This document shows, one piece after another, positions 13,648 through 25,775 of a stretch of DNA of 64,000 nt. The number at the start of each line of letters is the position of its first letter. The first letter of the stretch is position 1. The position numbers and the translations under genes are program-made. This DNA comes from Candidatus Dormiibacterota bacterium (GTDB taxonomy: Bacteria > Chloroflexota > Dormibacteria > Aeolococcales > Aeolococcaceae), in NCBI GenBank assembly GCA_963709585.1, contig CAVPXI010000006.1:64001-128000 (forward strand). The letters run 5' to 3'. The notes under the pieces are model-generated. The model had not been told where the DNA came from. It searched no databases and worked only from the letters and a program-made list of their open reading frames with translations.

Positions 13648-15118
13648 GGGTTCGCCCCAGGCGGGTGCGGAAGCGGCGGGTCAGGTCGTCGGGCTCCCAG
13701 GTGTAAGGAAGGCCGGTTGAGACCACGACCCGGTTGCGGCGGTCGTCGTAGCGGTAGGTCGGGGGGCCTCCACCGTCGACACGGCGGTCGAGCTCGTCGG
13801 CGAGTTCGAGGATGACCGCGAGCCGGTCGATGCGCTTGATGTCATCTCGGGTGCAGAGCCGCGCATACCGTGGGAGGTTGCTCCGTGCCTTGCCCAGGCG
13901 GGCGAGGGTCGTGGCGATCAGGGCCACCTCGCGGTGGGTGAAGCCCTGGAGGTCGGCCGAGGCGGTCACCCCCGCGGCGTGGCTCCAGCGGTCGTAGTAG
14001 TTGATGCTCTGGCCGACGTCGAGCAGCGTGGTGGCGTGATCGAGCACCTCGCGCATCTCGGCGGGCATGGTCGGATCGGCGACGCCGAGGATGGCTCGGG
14101 TCATCTCGACGCGCCGGGCTGCCCTGTGCTCGTCCCAGGTCGAGAACCGCGATGCCAGCGCGGTCACCGACGCGCGCCGGACCTGCCAGACCTCGGGCAG
14201 CGGCAGGTTCAACTCCGCCAGTGCGATGCCTTCGCGCAGCCCATGCCCGGAGACCATGAGGCTGCGGGCACCCAGTGCGTCCATGGCGGCGATGACCACC
14301 AGCGCGCCGCCGGCGATCGAATCCGCCCGGTCGGTGGAGAGTCCCGGCACGGTGCGCAGCGACGAGCGGTTCCGGGTGGTCAGCCGCGTGGTGAGCTCGC
14401 GGACCTCGCGCCGCTGCAGGACGTACCCGTCGACCCGGGCGATCGGATGGGCGACCGATCGCATGTGGATCTTGGCGAGGTTCCGCACCGTGCCTCCGGT
14501 GCCGACCATGCCGCCGCCCTCGGGAAGGACCGGAACCCCGGCATCGCTCAGGGTCTGACTCACGTGGTCGCGCAGCGCCGCCATCTCCGAGGGTCGCGGC
14601 GGGTCGCTGGCGAGGAACTGGTCGGTCGCGACCAGCGAGCCGAGCTCGAAGGTCCACCAGCGGAGGGTCCGCCGGCGCTCGAAGTAGGCGAGCTCGAAGC
14701 TCCCGCCACCGACATCCACCAGGTAGCCGCTGTCGATCGGCAGGCCGTGGACGGCTCCCAGAAACGCGTATCGCGCCTCCTCCTCGCCATCGATGACCTT
14801 GATCGCCAGCCCGGTGTCGGCCTCCAGCCTGGCGAGCACGCTGTCGCGGTTGGTCGCGGTGCGGATCGCCGCGGTCGCCACCGCGACGGTGCGATCGGCG
14901 CCGGCCGCGGCAGCCACCGCTTGGAAGTCGCGCACCGCGGCAACCGCCTCGGTGATCGCGCTCGCCTCGAGCCGGCCGCGCGCGTCGATGTGGCGCGCGA
15001 GCTGGAGCGACGTTCGCGCGTCGGCAATGATGTCGAGCTGGCCAGATGCGTCAAGGCGCAGCACCGCGATCCGGGCCGAGTTGGAGCCGATGTCGATGAC
15101 TGCGAGCGGAGATTCCAA
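13553..15118 (-). CDS. ppx: Ppx/GppA exopolyphosphatase family with C-terminal HD-like domain
   Basis: VIDIGSNSAR, ATAAIR.A.N, IDGEEEA, DVGGGSFE, GTGGT and GLREG motifs; TTG start with GGAGAGG upstream. Confidence 0.9.
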   Translation of the reverse strand: MESPLAVIDIGSNSARIAVLRLDASGQLDIIADARTSLQLARHIDARGRLEASAITEAVAAVRDFQAVAAAAGADRTVAVATAAIRTATNRDSVLARLEADTGLAIKVIDGEEEARYAFLGAVHGLPIDSGYLVDVGGGSFELAYFERRRTLRWWTFELGSLVATDQFLASDPPRPSEMAALRDHVSQTLSDAGVPVLPEGGGMVGTGGTVRNLAKIHMRSVAHPIARVDGYVLQRREVRELTTRLTTRNRSSLRTVPGLSTDRADSIAGGALVVIAAMDALGARSLMVSGHGLREGIALAELNLPLPEVWQVRRASVTALASRFSTWDEHRAARRVEMTRAILGVADPTMPAEMREVLDHATTLLDVGQSINYYDRWSHAAGVTASADLQGFTHREVALIATTLARLGKARSNLPRYARLCTRDDIKRIDRLAVILELADELDRRVDGGGPPTYRYDDRRNRVVVSTGLPYTWEPDDLTRRFRTRLGRTLSLRSAETAADRTRGPESPNGRSTGRGPRRA

Positions 15119-15186
15119 GGCGACCCTCTCCCTGGTCCGTACTCGGTTGGGAGCGGCAAGTATAGGCAGGGCCAACTCCCGGGCCG

Positions 15187-15933
15187 TCAGCGGCTCCCGC
15201 GCACCGCGACGTCGGGCGAGGCCGGCTCGTGTTGCTCGAGGACGCGGTCGAGCCGGTAGCCGACGCCGTAGACGGTGGTGATCCTGAAGGGCAGCGCCTC
15301 GAAGGGCTCGAATTTCTCGCGCAGCCAGCGCACGTGGACGTCGACGGTCTTGCGCTCGCCAAAGAACTTGGGGCCCCAGACGCGCCGGATCAGCTGCTCG
15401 CGCGAATGCACCCTGCCAGGATTGGCGAGCAGGAACGAGAGCAGATCGAACTCCTTCGGTGAGAGGCGCAGGCCTTCCTGGCCCACCCGCACCGACCGGG
15501 CGCCGCGATCGAACCGGAACTCGCCGAACTCCTCGACCTCGACCACACCTCGTTCCTCGATGGCGGGCTGGGCACGGCGGAGCAGCGCCATCACTCGGGC
15601 GGTGAGCTCGGCGAGCGAGAAAGGCTTGGTCATGTAGTCGTCGGCGCCGACGCGCAGGCCGACGATCTTGTCCAGCTCGCTGTCGCGCGCGCTCAATACC
15701 AGGACGGGCGTCGTGGTCTCCTGGCGGAGGATGCGGCACACCTCCAGGCCACCGAGCTCGGGCAGCATCAGGTCGAGCACGATGAGATCGGGGCGCAGCT
15801 CGCGGGCCTTCTCGAGCGCCTCGATGCCGTTGGACGCCTGGCTCACCTGGTATCCCTCGCGCACGAGATTGAAGCGGAGGGTCTCTCGGATGACCTCCTC
15901 GTCCTCGACCACCAGGATGTGCTTGGCTCCCAC
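15187..15933 (-). CDS. OmpR/PhoB-family response regulator
   Basis: VVEDE, LDLMLP, GADDYMTKPFS, LSPKEFDLL, RKTVDVHVRWLREK and TVYGVGYR motifs; heads the phosphate cluster. Confidence 0.93.
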   Translation of the reverse strand: MGAKHILVVEDEEVIRETLRFNLVREGYQVSQASNGIEALEKARELRPDLIVLDLMLPELGGLEVCRILRQETTTPVLVLSARDSELDKIVGLRVGADDYMTKPFSLAELTARVMALLRRAQPAIEERGVVEVEEFGEFRFDRGARSVRVGQEGLRLSPKEFDLLSFLLANPGRVHSREQLIRRVWGPKFFGERKTVDVHVRWLREKFEPFEALPFRITTVYGVGYRLDRVLEQHEPASPDVAVRGSR

Positions 15934-15960
15934 GATACGGGCTGAGCCTAGCCACCTCCC

Positions 15961-15984
15961 CTTTATGGAGGGGTTAAGAAAAGG

Positions 15985-15989
<5 letters not shown>
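15961..15989 (-). promoter_or_regulatory. Putative Pho box (11-bp periodic direct repeats)
   Basis: Minus strand TTGACC-ttttc-TTAACC-cctcc-ATAAAG, an AT-rich patch just upstream of the regulator. Confidence 0.55.
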
Positions 15990-17636
<1,647 letters not shown>

Positions 17637-17640
<4 letters not shown>

Positions 17641-18593
17641 TGGTCAGTTGTTTCCTTGCGGTGCCCGTTGAGGATGCGTTCGGCCAGGGCGTACGGGTCC
17701 ACCTGGCTCAGATCGCCCTCGAGCTCTCGACTCATTGTCCCCTCATGCAGCGCGGTTCGCGCGCGCTCGGCCGCCCGCTCGATCACGATCGCCTCGACCT
17801 CGGCGCGGAGACGTGCGACCCGGCGGCGCTCGAGCTCTCCTGATTCCGCAATGGTGTCGCCGTGACGGTCGATGGCCCCCACCAGTTCGTCAACGCCTTC
17901 CCCGGTCTCCGCAACCGTGGTGAGGACCGGCGGCGACCATCCGGCGCGGATCGCGCCGTGGCGCACGAGCTCCTTGAGATCACGCACGACCTTGGAGGCG
18001 CCGGGAAGGTCGGCCTTGTTGACCACGAAGATGTCGGCGATCTCGAGGATGCCCGCCTTGATGATCTGGACGGCATCGCCAGTCGCGGGTGTGGTGACCA
18101 CGACCGTGGTGTCGGCGGTCTCCATCACCTCGAGCTCGGACTGGCCGACGCCGACCGTCTCGAGCAGGCACCGGTCACGGCCGGAGGCGTCGAGCAGGCG
18201 GATCGCCTCCCGGGCAGCGGCGGCGAGGCCCCCGAGATGCCCGCGGGCGGCCATGCTCCGGATGAAGACCCCGGGATCGAGCGTGTGCCGGACCATGCGG
18301 ACCCGATCGCCCAGGATCGCGCCGCCGGTGAACGGGCTCGAGGGGTCCACCGCGATGACGCCGATCAGGTGTCCGCCGGCTCGCCAGCGCTCGATCACCT
18401 GGTCGCAGAGGGTGCTCTTGCCGCTCCCTGGAGGGCCGGTGACCCCGATCACGCGCGCCCGGCCGGCTCGTTCTCGAACCTGACGGAGAAGATCGGCGAT
18501 GCCCGGGTCGCGATCCTCCACCATGCGGATCGCGCGTGCCAGCGCGCGCGTGTCGCCGGCCATCAGGCGTTCGGCAAGCTGTGCTTCGGACAT
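17637..18593 (-). CDS. meaB: MeaB/ArgK mutase-associated GTPase
   Basis: [41 protein letters not shown] and VVNKAD motifs. Confidence 0.95.
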
Positions 18594-18673
18594 CGCTCGA
18601 AGTCTACCGGCGCCCCGAGGTCAACCCGGCAACCGTAACCCTGACGTCAGGCGAGTTCGTTATAAAGCCTCAG

Positions 18674-19723
18674 GTGAGACGACAACGCGCCTCGTTGCGC
18701 CGCCATCACGGTCGGCGCAGCCGGGTCTTTCTCGGGTTCCTGATTGCGCTCGGCTTCGTGCTGTCCGGAGCGATCGGCGCGGTGGCGTACTTCATGCCGG
18801 CGATCGTGACCGCATTCCAGGACACGGGACACTCCATCGATCGGAGCTTGCAGTCGCCTCAGGCATCGGCACAAGCATCGGCTGCAGCCTCGGCGTCAGC
18901 GTCTGCAGTGGCGTCGGCACCGCCGGCGGTGGCGCCGCCGGGGAAGCCGTTCACGGTCCTCCTGCTCGGCTCCGACAACGACTCCAAGTTCGGCGGCATC
19001 GTTCTCACCCAGTCGATGATCCTGGCAAGGGTCAATCCGACCACCAGGCAGGTGGTCATGGAATCGATCCCTCGCGACCTGTGGGTACCGCTTTCGACCG
19101 GTGGCAGCGCGAAGATCGATGCCGCCTACTTGCACGGGGGTGCGAGCGCCGCGGTTGCCACGGTCGAGGAGAACTTTCACATCCACATCGACCACTACGC
19201 CTGGATCGGGTTGCTCGGCCTCGTGAACCTGATCAACCAGGTTGGGGGCATCGACGTGGTTGCGACCAATCCGGTCATGGACGACTTCTATCCGGCCGAC
19301 CTGAGCGGAAAGAATCCCTATGCGTATGAGCGGGTCGCCGTCCTGCCCGGTCCCCAGCACATGAACGGCATGCAGGCGCTGATGTACGTGCGATCCCGTC
19401 ACGGTGATCTGCGCAGCGACTTCGGCCGTTCCCAGCGTCAGCAGCAGGTGCTGCTCGCCCTGCGAGCCAAGGCGAAACTGCTCGGGATCGCCGACCTTCC
19501 TGACATCGCGACCGCCATGGCCAACGACTTCTCCACCGACATGAGCATCGGTGAGATTGCGTCGCTGCTGCCGATCGCGAGCAGCGTGCAATTGCAGAAC
19601 GTGCGCCAGGTCATCCTCGCGTCCCCGTACACGTCGACGGGAAAGCTCGACAACCAGGACGTGCTGCTGCCGAACTGGAATCTCATCCTCCCGGAGACGC
19701 ATCTGTACTTCCCCGCGGTCTGA
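18674..19723 (+). CDS. LCP (LytR-CpsA-Psr) family protein
   Basis: N-terminal TM helix; LLLGSD, SIPRDLWV, KIDAAY, YVRSRH and SDFGRSQRQQQV motifs. Confidence 0.9.
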   Translation: MRRQRASLRRHHGRRSRVFLGFLIALGFVLSGAIGAVAYFMPAIVTAFQDTGHSIDRSLQSPQASAQASAAASASASAVASAPPAVAPPGKPFTVLLLGSDNDSKFGGIVLTQSMILARVNPTTRQVVMESIPRDLWVPLSTGGSAKIDAAYLHGGASAAVATVEENFHIHIDHYAWIGLLGLVNLINQVGGIDVVATNPVMDDFYPADLSGKNPYAYERVAVLPGPQHMNGMQALMYVRSRHGDLRSDFGRSQRQQQVLLALRAKAKLLGIADLPDIATAMANDFSTDMSIGEIASLLPIASSVQLQNVRQVILASPYTSTGKLDNQDVLLPNWNLILPETHLYFPAV

Positions 19724-19732
19724 GGGCCAACG

Positions 19733-20818
19733 ATGAGACGCGCGCTCACCGTCATCGTGCTGCTCGCGCTCATGGCCGGATTCGGGGTCGGCGTGAACCG
19801 GCTGATCGCGTCGAGAAAACACCCGATCCCAAGTGAGGCGACGGTGTTCAGCCCCACGGCAGAACGGCCCAAGGTGGTGCTCCCGGGCACGCTGTACCTG
19901 GCGCAGAACGGCGACGTCTACCGCCTCAGCGATGGATTCTTCACCGACCTCCACCTGTCGACAGGATCTGGACAGTGGATGCAACCCGCGTACGTTCCCA
20001 ATTCGCAGGATATCGTCGCCGTGCTTCGCGCCGCCGAGTACTCGAACCTCTACCTGCTGAACAACCAGGGCTTGATCATCCGCCGGCTCAGCAACAACGC
20101 ATGGACGCGTACCAACCAGATCTTTCTCAACCACTGGATGTTCTTTCCGCACATGGGCGCCGACGGCAACACCATCTTTTTCAGCTATGACCAGCCCAAG
20201 GACTCGGCGACGTACGCCGTCGACTTCTCGGTGTGGTCCGGGACACTCGACGGGAAGCTCGCCGCCACGCAGCTGAGCAACTCCAACAACTTCACCGGTG
20301 GCGACGTGAATCCCACGCCGATGGCCAACGGCGACGTCATCTACTCGAAGTACGCGATCGGCGGTGGCAATGCGTTCTCGCAGATCGCGATACAGGTCAA
20401 GCCGCGTGGCCGGACCATCCTGCTCACGACGCCCACCCAGGATTGCGGGCAGCCGGCGCCATCACCCGACGGCACCAAGGTGGCGATGATCTGCATCGGC
20501 GGCACCGGCCTGCAGAGCACGCGCCTGGAGGTCGCGACCTTGAGCGCCGGTAAGCCTGGGGCGGCGGTGACCATGGGGCTGCCGGAAACCCTGGTCAACA
20601 ACTGCCTGTGCGCGGCCCCGGTGTGGGCGCCGGACGGCAGCGGGCTCGTCTACTACAACACCGCCGATGCCACGGGACACTTCGAGCTGTGGTGGATCAA
20701 GGGCGCGTTGGGCGCCACGCCGTCGGCGCCACTACAGGTGACCACAAACCTCGACTTCGACGCAAGCTCGCCGCCGAGCTGGTCGCCGCTGAGCAGCGTC
20801 CCGGTGATGGCCCGGTAG
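19733..20818 (+). CDS. Secreted/anchored TolB-like (PD40) beta-propeller protein
   Basis: N-terminal signal/TM segment; repeated P..SPDG / PVWAPDG / PSWSP motifs. Confidence 0.7.
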   Translation: MRRALTVIVLLALMAGFGVGVNRLIASRKHPIPSEATVFSPTAERPKVVLPGTLYLAQNGDVYRLSDGFFTDLHLSTGSGQWMQPAYVPNSQDIVAVLRAAEYSNLYLLNNQGLIIRRLSNNAWTRTNQIFLNHWMFFPHMGADGNTIFFSYDQPKDSATYAVDFSVWSGTLDGKLAATQLSNSNNFTGGDVNPTPMANGDVIYSKYAIGGGNAFSQIAIQVKPRGRTILLTTPTQDCGQPAPSPDGTKVAMICIGGTGLQSTRLEVATLSAGKPGAAVTMGLPETLVNNCLCAAPVWAPDGSGLVYYNTADATGHFELWWIKGALGATPSAPLQVTTNLDFDASSPPSWSPLSSVPVMAR

Positions 20819-20843
20819 CTCGCGCGGCAACCGGCAAAGAGAA

Positions 20844-21884
20844 CTAGTAGAAGACCTGGGCGAGCTCGTACAGCTCGCGAGGTACCCGCCGCTGCTCCGC
20901 GACGACGTCGGCGATGCTGGCGACATCGACCATCCCGCCAATCACCACGGGCATCTCGCCGAACAATCCCTCGACGACGAGGTCGTATGCCTTCGCCCCG
21001 ACACGCGTCGCCCAGATTCGGTCGTAGGCGGTCGGCGAACCGCCGCGCTGCACGTGTCCCAGCACCGTCGCCCGAGTCTCGTGCCCGGTGCGCTCCTCGA
21101 TGATTCGAGCGAGGTTCTCGCCAACCCCGCGACGCGAGAGCTGGACGTGGCCGAACGCATCCCGTAAGCCCGCCGCATCGTCTTTTGACTGCAACCCGTC
21201 CATCTCGACGCCCTCGGCGACGACGATGATGCTGAAGTCGCTCCCCGCGTTGCGTCGCACCTCGAGATGGGCGACAACCTCGTCGACGGTGACGTCGAAC
21301 TCGGGGATGATGATCATGTCGGCGCCGCCCGCGAGACCGCCCATGACCGCGACCCAGCCGGTATCACGACCCATGACCTCACACACCATCACGCGGTGGT
21401 GCGACGACGCTGTGGTGTGCAAACGGTCGAGCGCTTCGGTGACCACGCTCACCGCGCTGTCAAACCCGATGCAGTAGTCGGTGATGCTGAGGTCGTTGTC
21501 CATCGTCTTGGGGACACCGACCACACGCGCGCGCTCCTCGGCCAGGCGCGCGGCGACGCTCAGCGTGTCGTCGCCACCGATGGCGACCAGGGCGTCGAGG
21601 CGGAGGCGCTCCATGTTGTGCAGGACCTCGTCCAATCCATGGTCGAGCTTCATCGGATTCACACGCGAACTGCCGAGCATGGTGCCGCCGAGTTGCAGGA
21701 TGCCGGAGAGCTTGGAACGCTCCAGCGTCATCACATCACCCTCACCGATCAGGCCCGCCCACCCGTTGCGGATTCCGAACAGTGAATCGCCGGCCGCGAG
21801 CGCGCGTCTGCCGATCGCGCGGATCGCGGCGTTGAGGCCTGGTGCGTCACCGCCGCCGGTCAGGACGGCAATCCTCTGTCCCAC
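20844..21884 (-). CDS. pfkA: 6-phosphofructokinase, PPi-type signature
   Basis: LTGGGDAPGLNAAIR, GGTMLGSSR, AIGGDDT, PKTMDND, EVMGR and LGHVQRGG motifs. Confidence 0.92.
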   Translation of the reverse strand: MGQRIAVLTGGGDAPGLNAAIRAIGRRALAAGDSLFGIRNGWAGLIGEGDVMTLERSKLSGILQLGGTMLGSSRVNPMKLDHGLDEVLHNMERLRLDALVAIGGDDTLSVAARLAEERARVVGVPKTMDNDLSITDYCIGFDSAVSVVTEALDRLHTTASSHHRVMVCEVMGRDTGWVAVMGGLAGGADMIIIPEFDVTVDEVVAHLEVRRNAGSDFSIIVVAEGVEMDGLQSKDDAAGLRDAFGHVQLSRRGVGENLARIIEERTGHETRATVLGHVQRGGSPTAYDRIWATRVGAKAYDLVVEGLFGEMPVVIGGMVDVASIADVVAEQRRVPRELYELAQVFY

Positions 21885-21907
21885 TCTTCGCCCTATGTTC
21901 TGCGGAG

Positions 21908-23465
21908 CTAGTGACCAACCCCGGGATCGCCGAGGAACGCCTGCTCTTCGGCGCTGCCGAGTATGACGGTCACGCCCCCGGCCGGGGCAGCCGCGGGCGT
22001 TGCCGGCGGGGTCGTCGCCGCCGCGGTGGGGGCGGGCTCGGTGGTGACGCTGACTCCGAAGTAGGCGGCCAGCCACTGTGCGGCGGCGGTGTCCGTTCCA
22101 CCGCTGTTGTCGATCACCTGGGTCGCGGCCTGCGTGGGCGCTTTGCCGCCGGCTGCCGTGGCGAACCCAACCATGTGCATCAGCGACGCCCAGCGAGTGG
22201 TTGCGTCGTTCTTGCGCCCGCTGGCATTGACGAAGGTGACCTGCGCGCCGTCAGCGAGCGCCGCGGGCGTCGGAAGGACGTCCTGGACGAAATGCGAGAT
22301 CGAGTTGAAGCTCTGATCGTTCGCGAAGAGGTAGTAGCTGCCGCAGCGAGTTCGGATACCCGCAGTCGTACAGGAAGTTGGTGTCGTCGATACTGATGTG
22401 CTCGATGGACGCGGGGTTCACGCCATTCACGAGTCCGTAGAGGGATTCGGCGTCACCGATGCTGAGATCGGTAAGCACATTGTTGCCAAGTGCGTTGAGG
22501 ACATCCGGGAGCTTGCCGATCCCGCCGACGCTCTCGATCTGCGATTTGAGCGCAACGATGATCTGCTGCTGCCGGCGGCTTCGGGCGAAGTCCGATCCCT
22601 GCCCATTGTTCCCATGGCGCGACCGAGCGTAGATCAGCGCCGTCGCTCCGTTCATGTGCTGCATGCCCGCCTTGAAGCGAACGGTCATGTACCCGCAGTT
22701 GCCAAGGTCGCACTCGCCGGCGGGGTACTGATAGTCCGTGAAAGCCGCCGGGACATCGACATTGATGCCGCCCACCGCGTCGACGGCTTGCTTGAACGCG
22801 TTGAAGTCGACGCCCACGAAATAGTTGACGCCGATCCCGAGAAGATGCGCGATCAGCGGATCCGCGACCGCAGCGCCCGCGTCCACCGCGCTCGCGGGCT
22901 GCGGTCCCTCACCGAGCATGCCCGCCGCATACGCAAAGTTGATCCGCTGCTCAGTCGACTTGCCGTTGCTCAGAGGGATGGTCACATACCAGTCGCGCGG
23001 GATCGAGATCTCCGCGATCTGGGGCGGGCGGCCCTGAAGGGGCTGGATCGAGATGACCATGATCGAATCGGTGAGGAAGGCGCCGGAATGCTGATTGCCG
23101 CCATATCCATAAAGGACGAGGTTGATGCGCTGGTAATGCTGGGCGTGCTGTTCGACGGACGAGCCGCCGCCGCCCTGGAGCGCGCCGATCACCGCACTGA
23201 TCGGGTTGGTGTGGAAGGTCTTGGCGAGTGCGAGCGAGAGACGCACACCGTAGACGCCACCGGTGACGAGCAGCAGGGAGAACATCACGATCGTCGAAAT
23301 CACGGCGCGCTTTCGCGTGAGCCAGTTGGGCACGGCGTTGTACCGGGACCGGCGGCGCCGGCGGACCGATGTGCTGCTGATTGTTGCCATAGTTGAGGTG
23401 TTGCTCTCGACTTTCCGAACGGGTGTACCGGCCGCCGCGAGGACGGTGCGGGGCCGGCGCGCCAC
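21908..23465 (-). CDS. LCP family protein with LytR C-terminal domain (apparent frameshift at ~22350)
   Basis: LTDSIMV, SIPRDWYV, YARSRH and SDFARSRRQQQ motifs. Removing one base at GAGTTC 22348-22353 joins it to FVNASGR...VTVILG. Confidence 0.85.
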
Positions 23466-23601
23466 GGTGCGCTCCTCCTAAGGGGAACGTTGCTGGCAGC
23501 GTCTGGTTACCCGCCGCGAGGCACAAGGGTACCCCACGCCCCGCTGAGGCGGCGCCGACAATGGCATCATCAGCGGCCACAAGCGGGACGGAGGAGAGAG
23601 G

Positions 23602-24567
23602 GTGCGGGCGCAGCAGGTTCAGGGCCTCGAGGGTCCATCCGGCCTCCGTATGGTCGAGGTCGACGAGCCGGAGGATGCAGCGCGTGTGGTCATCGACGTC
23701 GCCGCCGCGGGCGTGAGCTTCCCGGATCTCCTGCTCACCCGTGGCGAGTATCAGATGAAGCCACCACTCCCGTTCGTGCCGGGGGTCGAGGTTGCCGGTC
23801 GTGTCCGCTCCGCGCCCGCGGGGTCGGGGTTCAGCGCGGGCGACAGCGTCATGGCCTTCACGATGCTGGGTGGCTTCGCGGACGTCGCCCTGGCCGAACC
23901 GGCGTTGACCGTCGCCATTCCGAGCGGGCTGACCGTCGAAGCCGCCGCCGGATTCGTCATGAACTACCACACCGCGCACTTCGCCCTGGCGCGCCGGGGA
24001 CGCGTCCTTCCGGGCGATCGGGTTGCGATCCATGGGGCGGCGGGCGGGGTCGGCACCGCCGCGATCCAGGTCGCTCGCGGCCTCGGTGCGGAAGTCATCG
24101 CCATCGCCGCGGGCCCCGACAAGATGCACATCGCCGAACGTGCCGGTGCGCATCGGGTGCTCGACGCCGAGGGCGACTGGGTCGCCGCGCTGCGCGCGCA
24201 GAACGACGGCCTCGGTGTCGACGCGATCCTGGACCCGGTCGGCGGGGAACGCTTCGACCAGAGCGTTCGCTGCCTTGCACCCCAGGGCCGGCTCATCGTG
24301 GTGGGATTCACGGACGGGCGGATTCCAAGCCTGCAGGTGAACCGTGTCCTGCTGCGCAACATCGATGTGGTCGGCGCCGCGTGGGGTGCGTTTCTCGCCG
24401 TCCAGCCCTCGCTCTTCGCGGAGACCCAGCGGGCTCTCAACGCGATGATCGAGACGGGCACGGTCGCGCCCATCGTCGGCGCGACCTATCCGCTCGAAGA
24501 GGCGCCGGCAGCTCTCAATCTCCTGGGTCAGCGGCGGGCGCGGGGCAAGGTCGTCCTCACGATGTGA
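23602..24567 (+). CDS. NADPH:quinone oxidoreductase (MDR family)
   Basis: AAGVSFPDLL, PFVPGVEVAG, HGAAGGVG, DPVGG and GKVVL motifs. Confidence 0.9.
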   Translation: MRAQQVQGLEGPSGLRMVEVDEPEDAARVVIDVAAAGVSFPDLLLTRGEYQMKPPLPFVPGVEVAGRVRSAPAGSGFSAGDSVMAFTMLGGFADVALAEPALTVAIPSGLTVEAAAGFVMNYHTAHFALARRGRVLPGDRVAIHGAAGGVGTAAIQVARGLGAEVIAIAAGPDKMHIAERAGAHRVLDAEGDWVAALRAQNDGLGVDAILDPVGGERFDQSVRCLAPQGRLIVVGFTDGRIPSLQVNRVLLRNIDVVGAAWGAFLAVQPSLFAETQRALNAMIETGTVAPIVGATYPLEEAPAALNLLGQRRARGKVVLTM

Positions 24568-24595
24568 TGCCGGCGCGGCCGGACGGCGGCGACGG

Positions 24596-25744
24596 TCAGT
24601 TGCGCAGCAGGTCTCGAGCGATGACGACGCGCTGGATCTGGCTCGTTCCCTCGTAGATCTGGGTGATCTTGGCGTCGCGCATCATCCGTTCGACCGGGTA
24701 CTCGTTGACATACCCGTAGCCGCCCAGGATCTGGACCGCGTCGGTGGTGACCTTCATCGCGGTGTCCGCCGCGAGCAGCTTCGCGATCGCGGCGAAATGA
24801 CCCACCTCCGGGCTCTTGTCGTCGATGAGCTGCGACGCCCAGTAGACCATCGCCCGAGCGGCCGCGGTCTGCGCCTCCATGTCCGCGACCATGAACTGGA
24901 TCCCCTGGAACTCCGCGATCGCCTTGCCGAACTGCTTGCGCTCCTTGGCATATCCGACCGCGTAATCGAGGGCGCCCTGAGCGATGCCGAGCGCTTGTGC
25001 GGCCACCCCAGGCCGGGACCGGTCGAGCACCTGCATCGCGATCCTGAAGCCGTCGCCCTCATCGCCGAGGAGGTTCGCCGCGGGGGTCACCACTTCGTCG
25101 AAGTGGAGCTCCGCGGTGTTGCTGCCGCGAATGCCGAGCTTGCCGTGGATGGTGTTCGCCGCGAAGCCCTTGAGATGCTGCGCGTCCTCGAGCACGAACG
25201 CGCTCACCCCCTTCGCCCGCTCATCGGGATCGGTCTTGGCAAAGACGGTGATGGTGTCGGCGATCCCACCGGCGGTGATCCAGATCTTGCTGCCGGTGAT
25301 GACGTACTCATCGCCGTGGCGCTCGGCGCGGGTCTGCATCCCCGCCGGGTCGCTGCCGGCCCCGGGTTCGCTGAGCGCGTACGCGCCGAGCTTCGCCCCG
25401 CTCGCCAGCTCCGGGAGCAGCCGTGCCTTCTGCTCATCCGTCCCGGCGATCATCAGCGGATACCCGCCGAGCCCCTGCACGACGAGGATCAGTGCGCTCG
25501 TCGCGCAGACTTTGGCCACCTCCTCGATGGCGACGTTGAGCGTCAACGCACTTCCGGAAAGGCCGCCGTACTCGGGCGGGAAGGGCAGCGCGAAGAGATC
25601 GTGCTTGCGGAAGACATCGACGACGTCCCACGGGAATTCGCCGGTACGATCGATCTCCGCGGCACGGGGCGCGATGCGGTCGCGAGCGATATCCCGCACC
25701 GTGTCGCGGATCATGGTCTGCTCGTCGTTGAGGCGGATGTCCAT
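24596..25744 (-). CDS. Acyl-CoA dehydrogenase
   Basis: YALSEPGAGSD, GSKIWIT, KLGIRGS, RKQFG and RDAKITQIYEGT motifs. Confidence 0.95.
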   Translation of the reverse strand: MDIRLNDEQTMIRDTVRDIARDRIAPRAAEIDRTGEFPWDVVDVFRKHDLFALPFPPEYGGLSGSALTLNVAIEEVAKVCATSALILVVQGLGGYPLMIAGTDEQKARLLPELASGAKLGAYALSEPGAGSDPAGMQTRAERHGDEYVITGSKIWITAGGIADTITVFAKTDPDERAKGVSAFVLEDAQHLKGFAANTIHGKLGIRGSNTAELHFDEVVTPAANLLGDEGDGFRIAMQVLDRSRPGVAAQALGIAQGALDYAVGYAKERKQFGKAIAEFQGIQFMVADMEAQTAAARAMVYWASQLIDDKSPEVGHFAAIAKLLAADTAMKVTTDAVQILGGYGYVNEYPVERMMRDAKITQIYEGTSQIQRVVIARDLLRN

Positions 25745-25775
25745 GCGGCTGCTGATGCTACCAAGCCAACCGGGA

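Noticed and set aside
13553-15955. 800-aa ORF as a regulator-Ppx fusion
   Set aside because: The N-terminal ~280 codons are an off-frame overlap of the response regulator; Ppx homology starts at about 15118.
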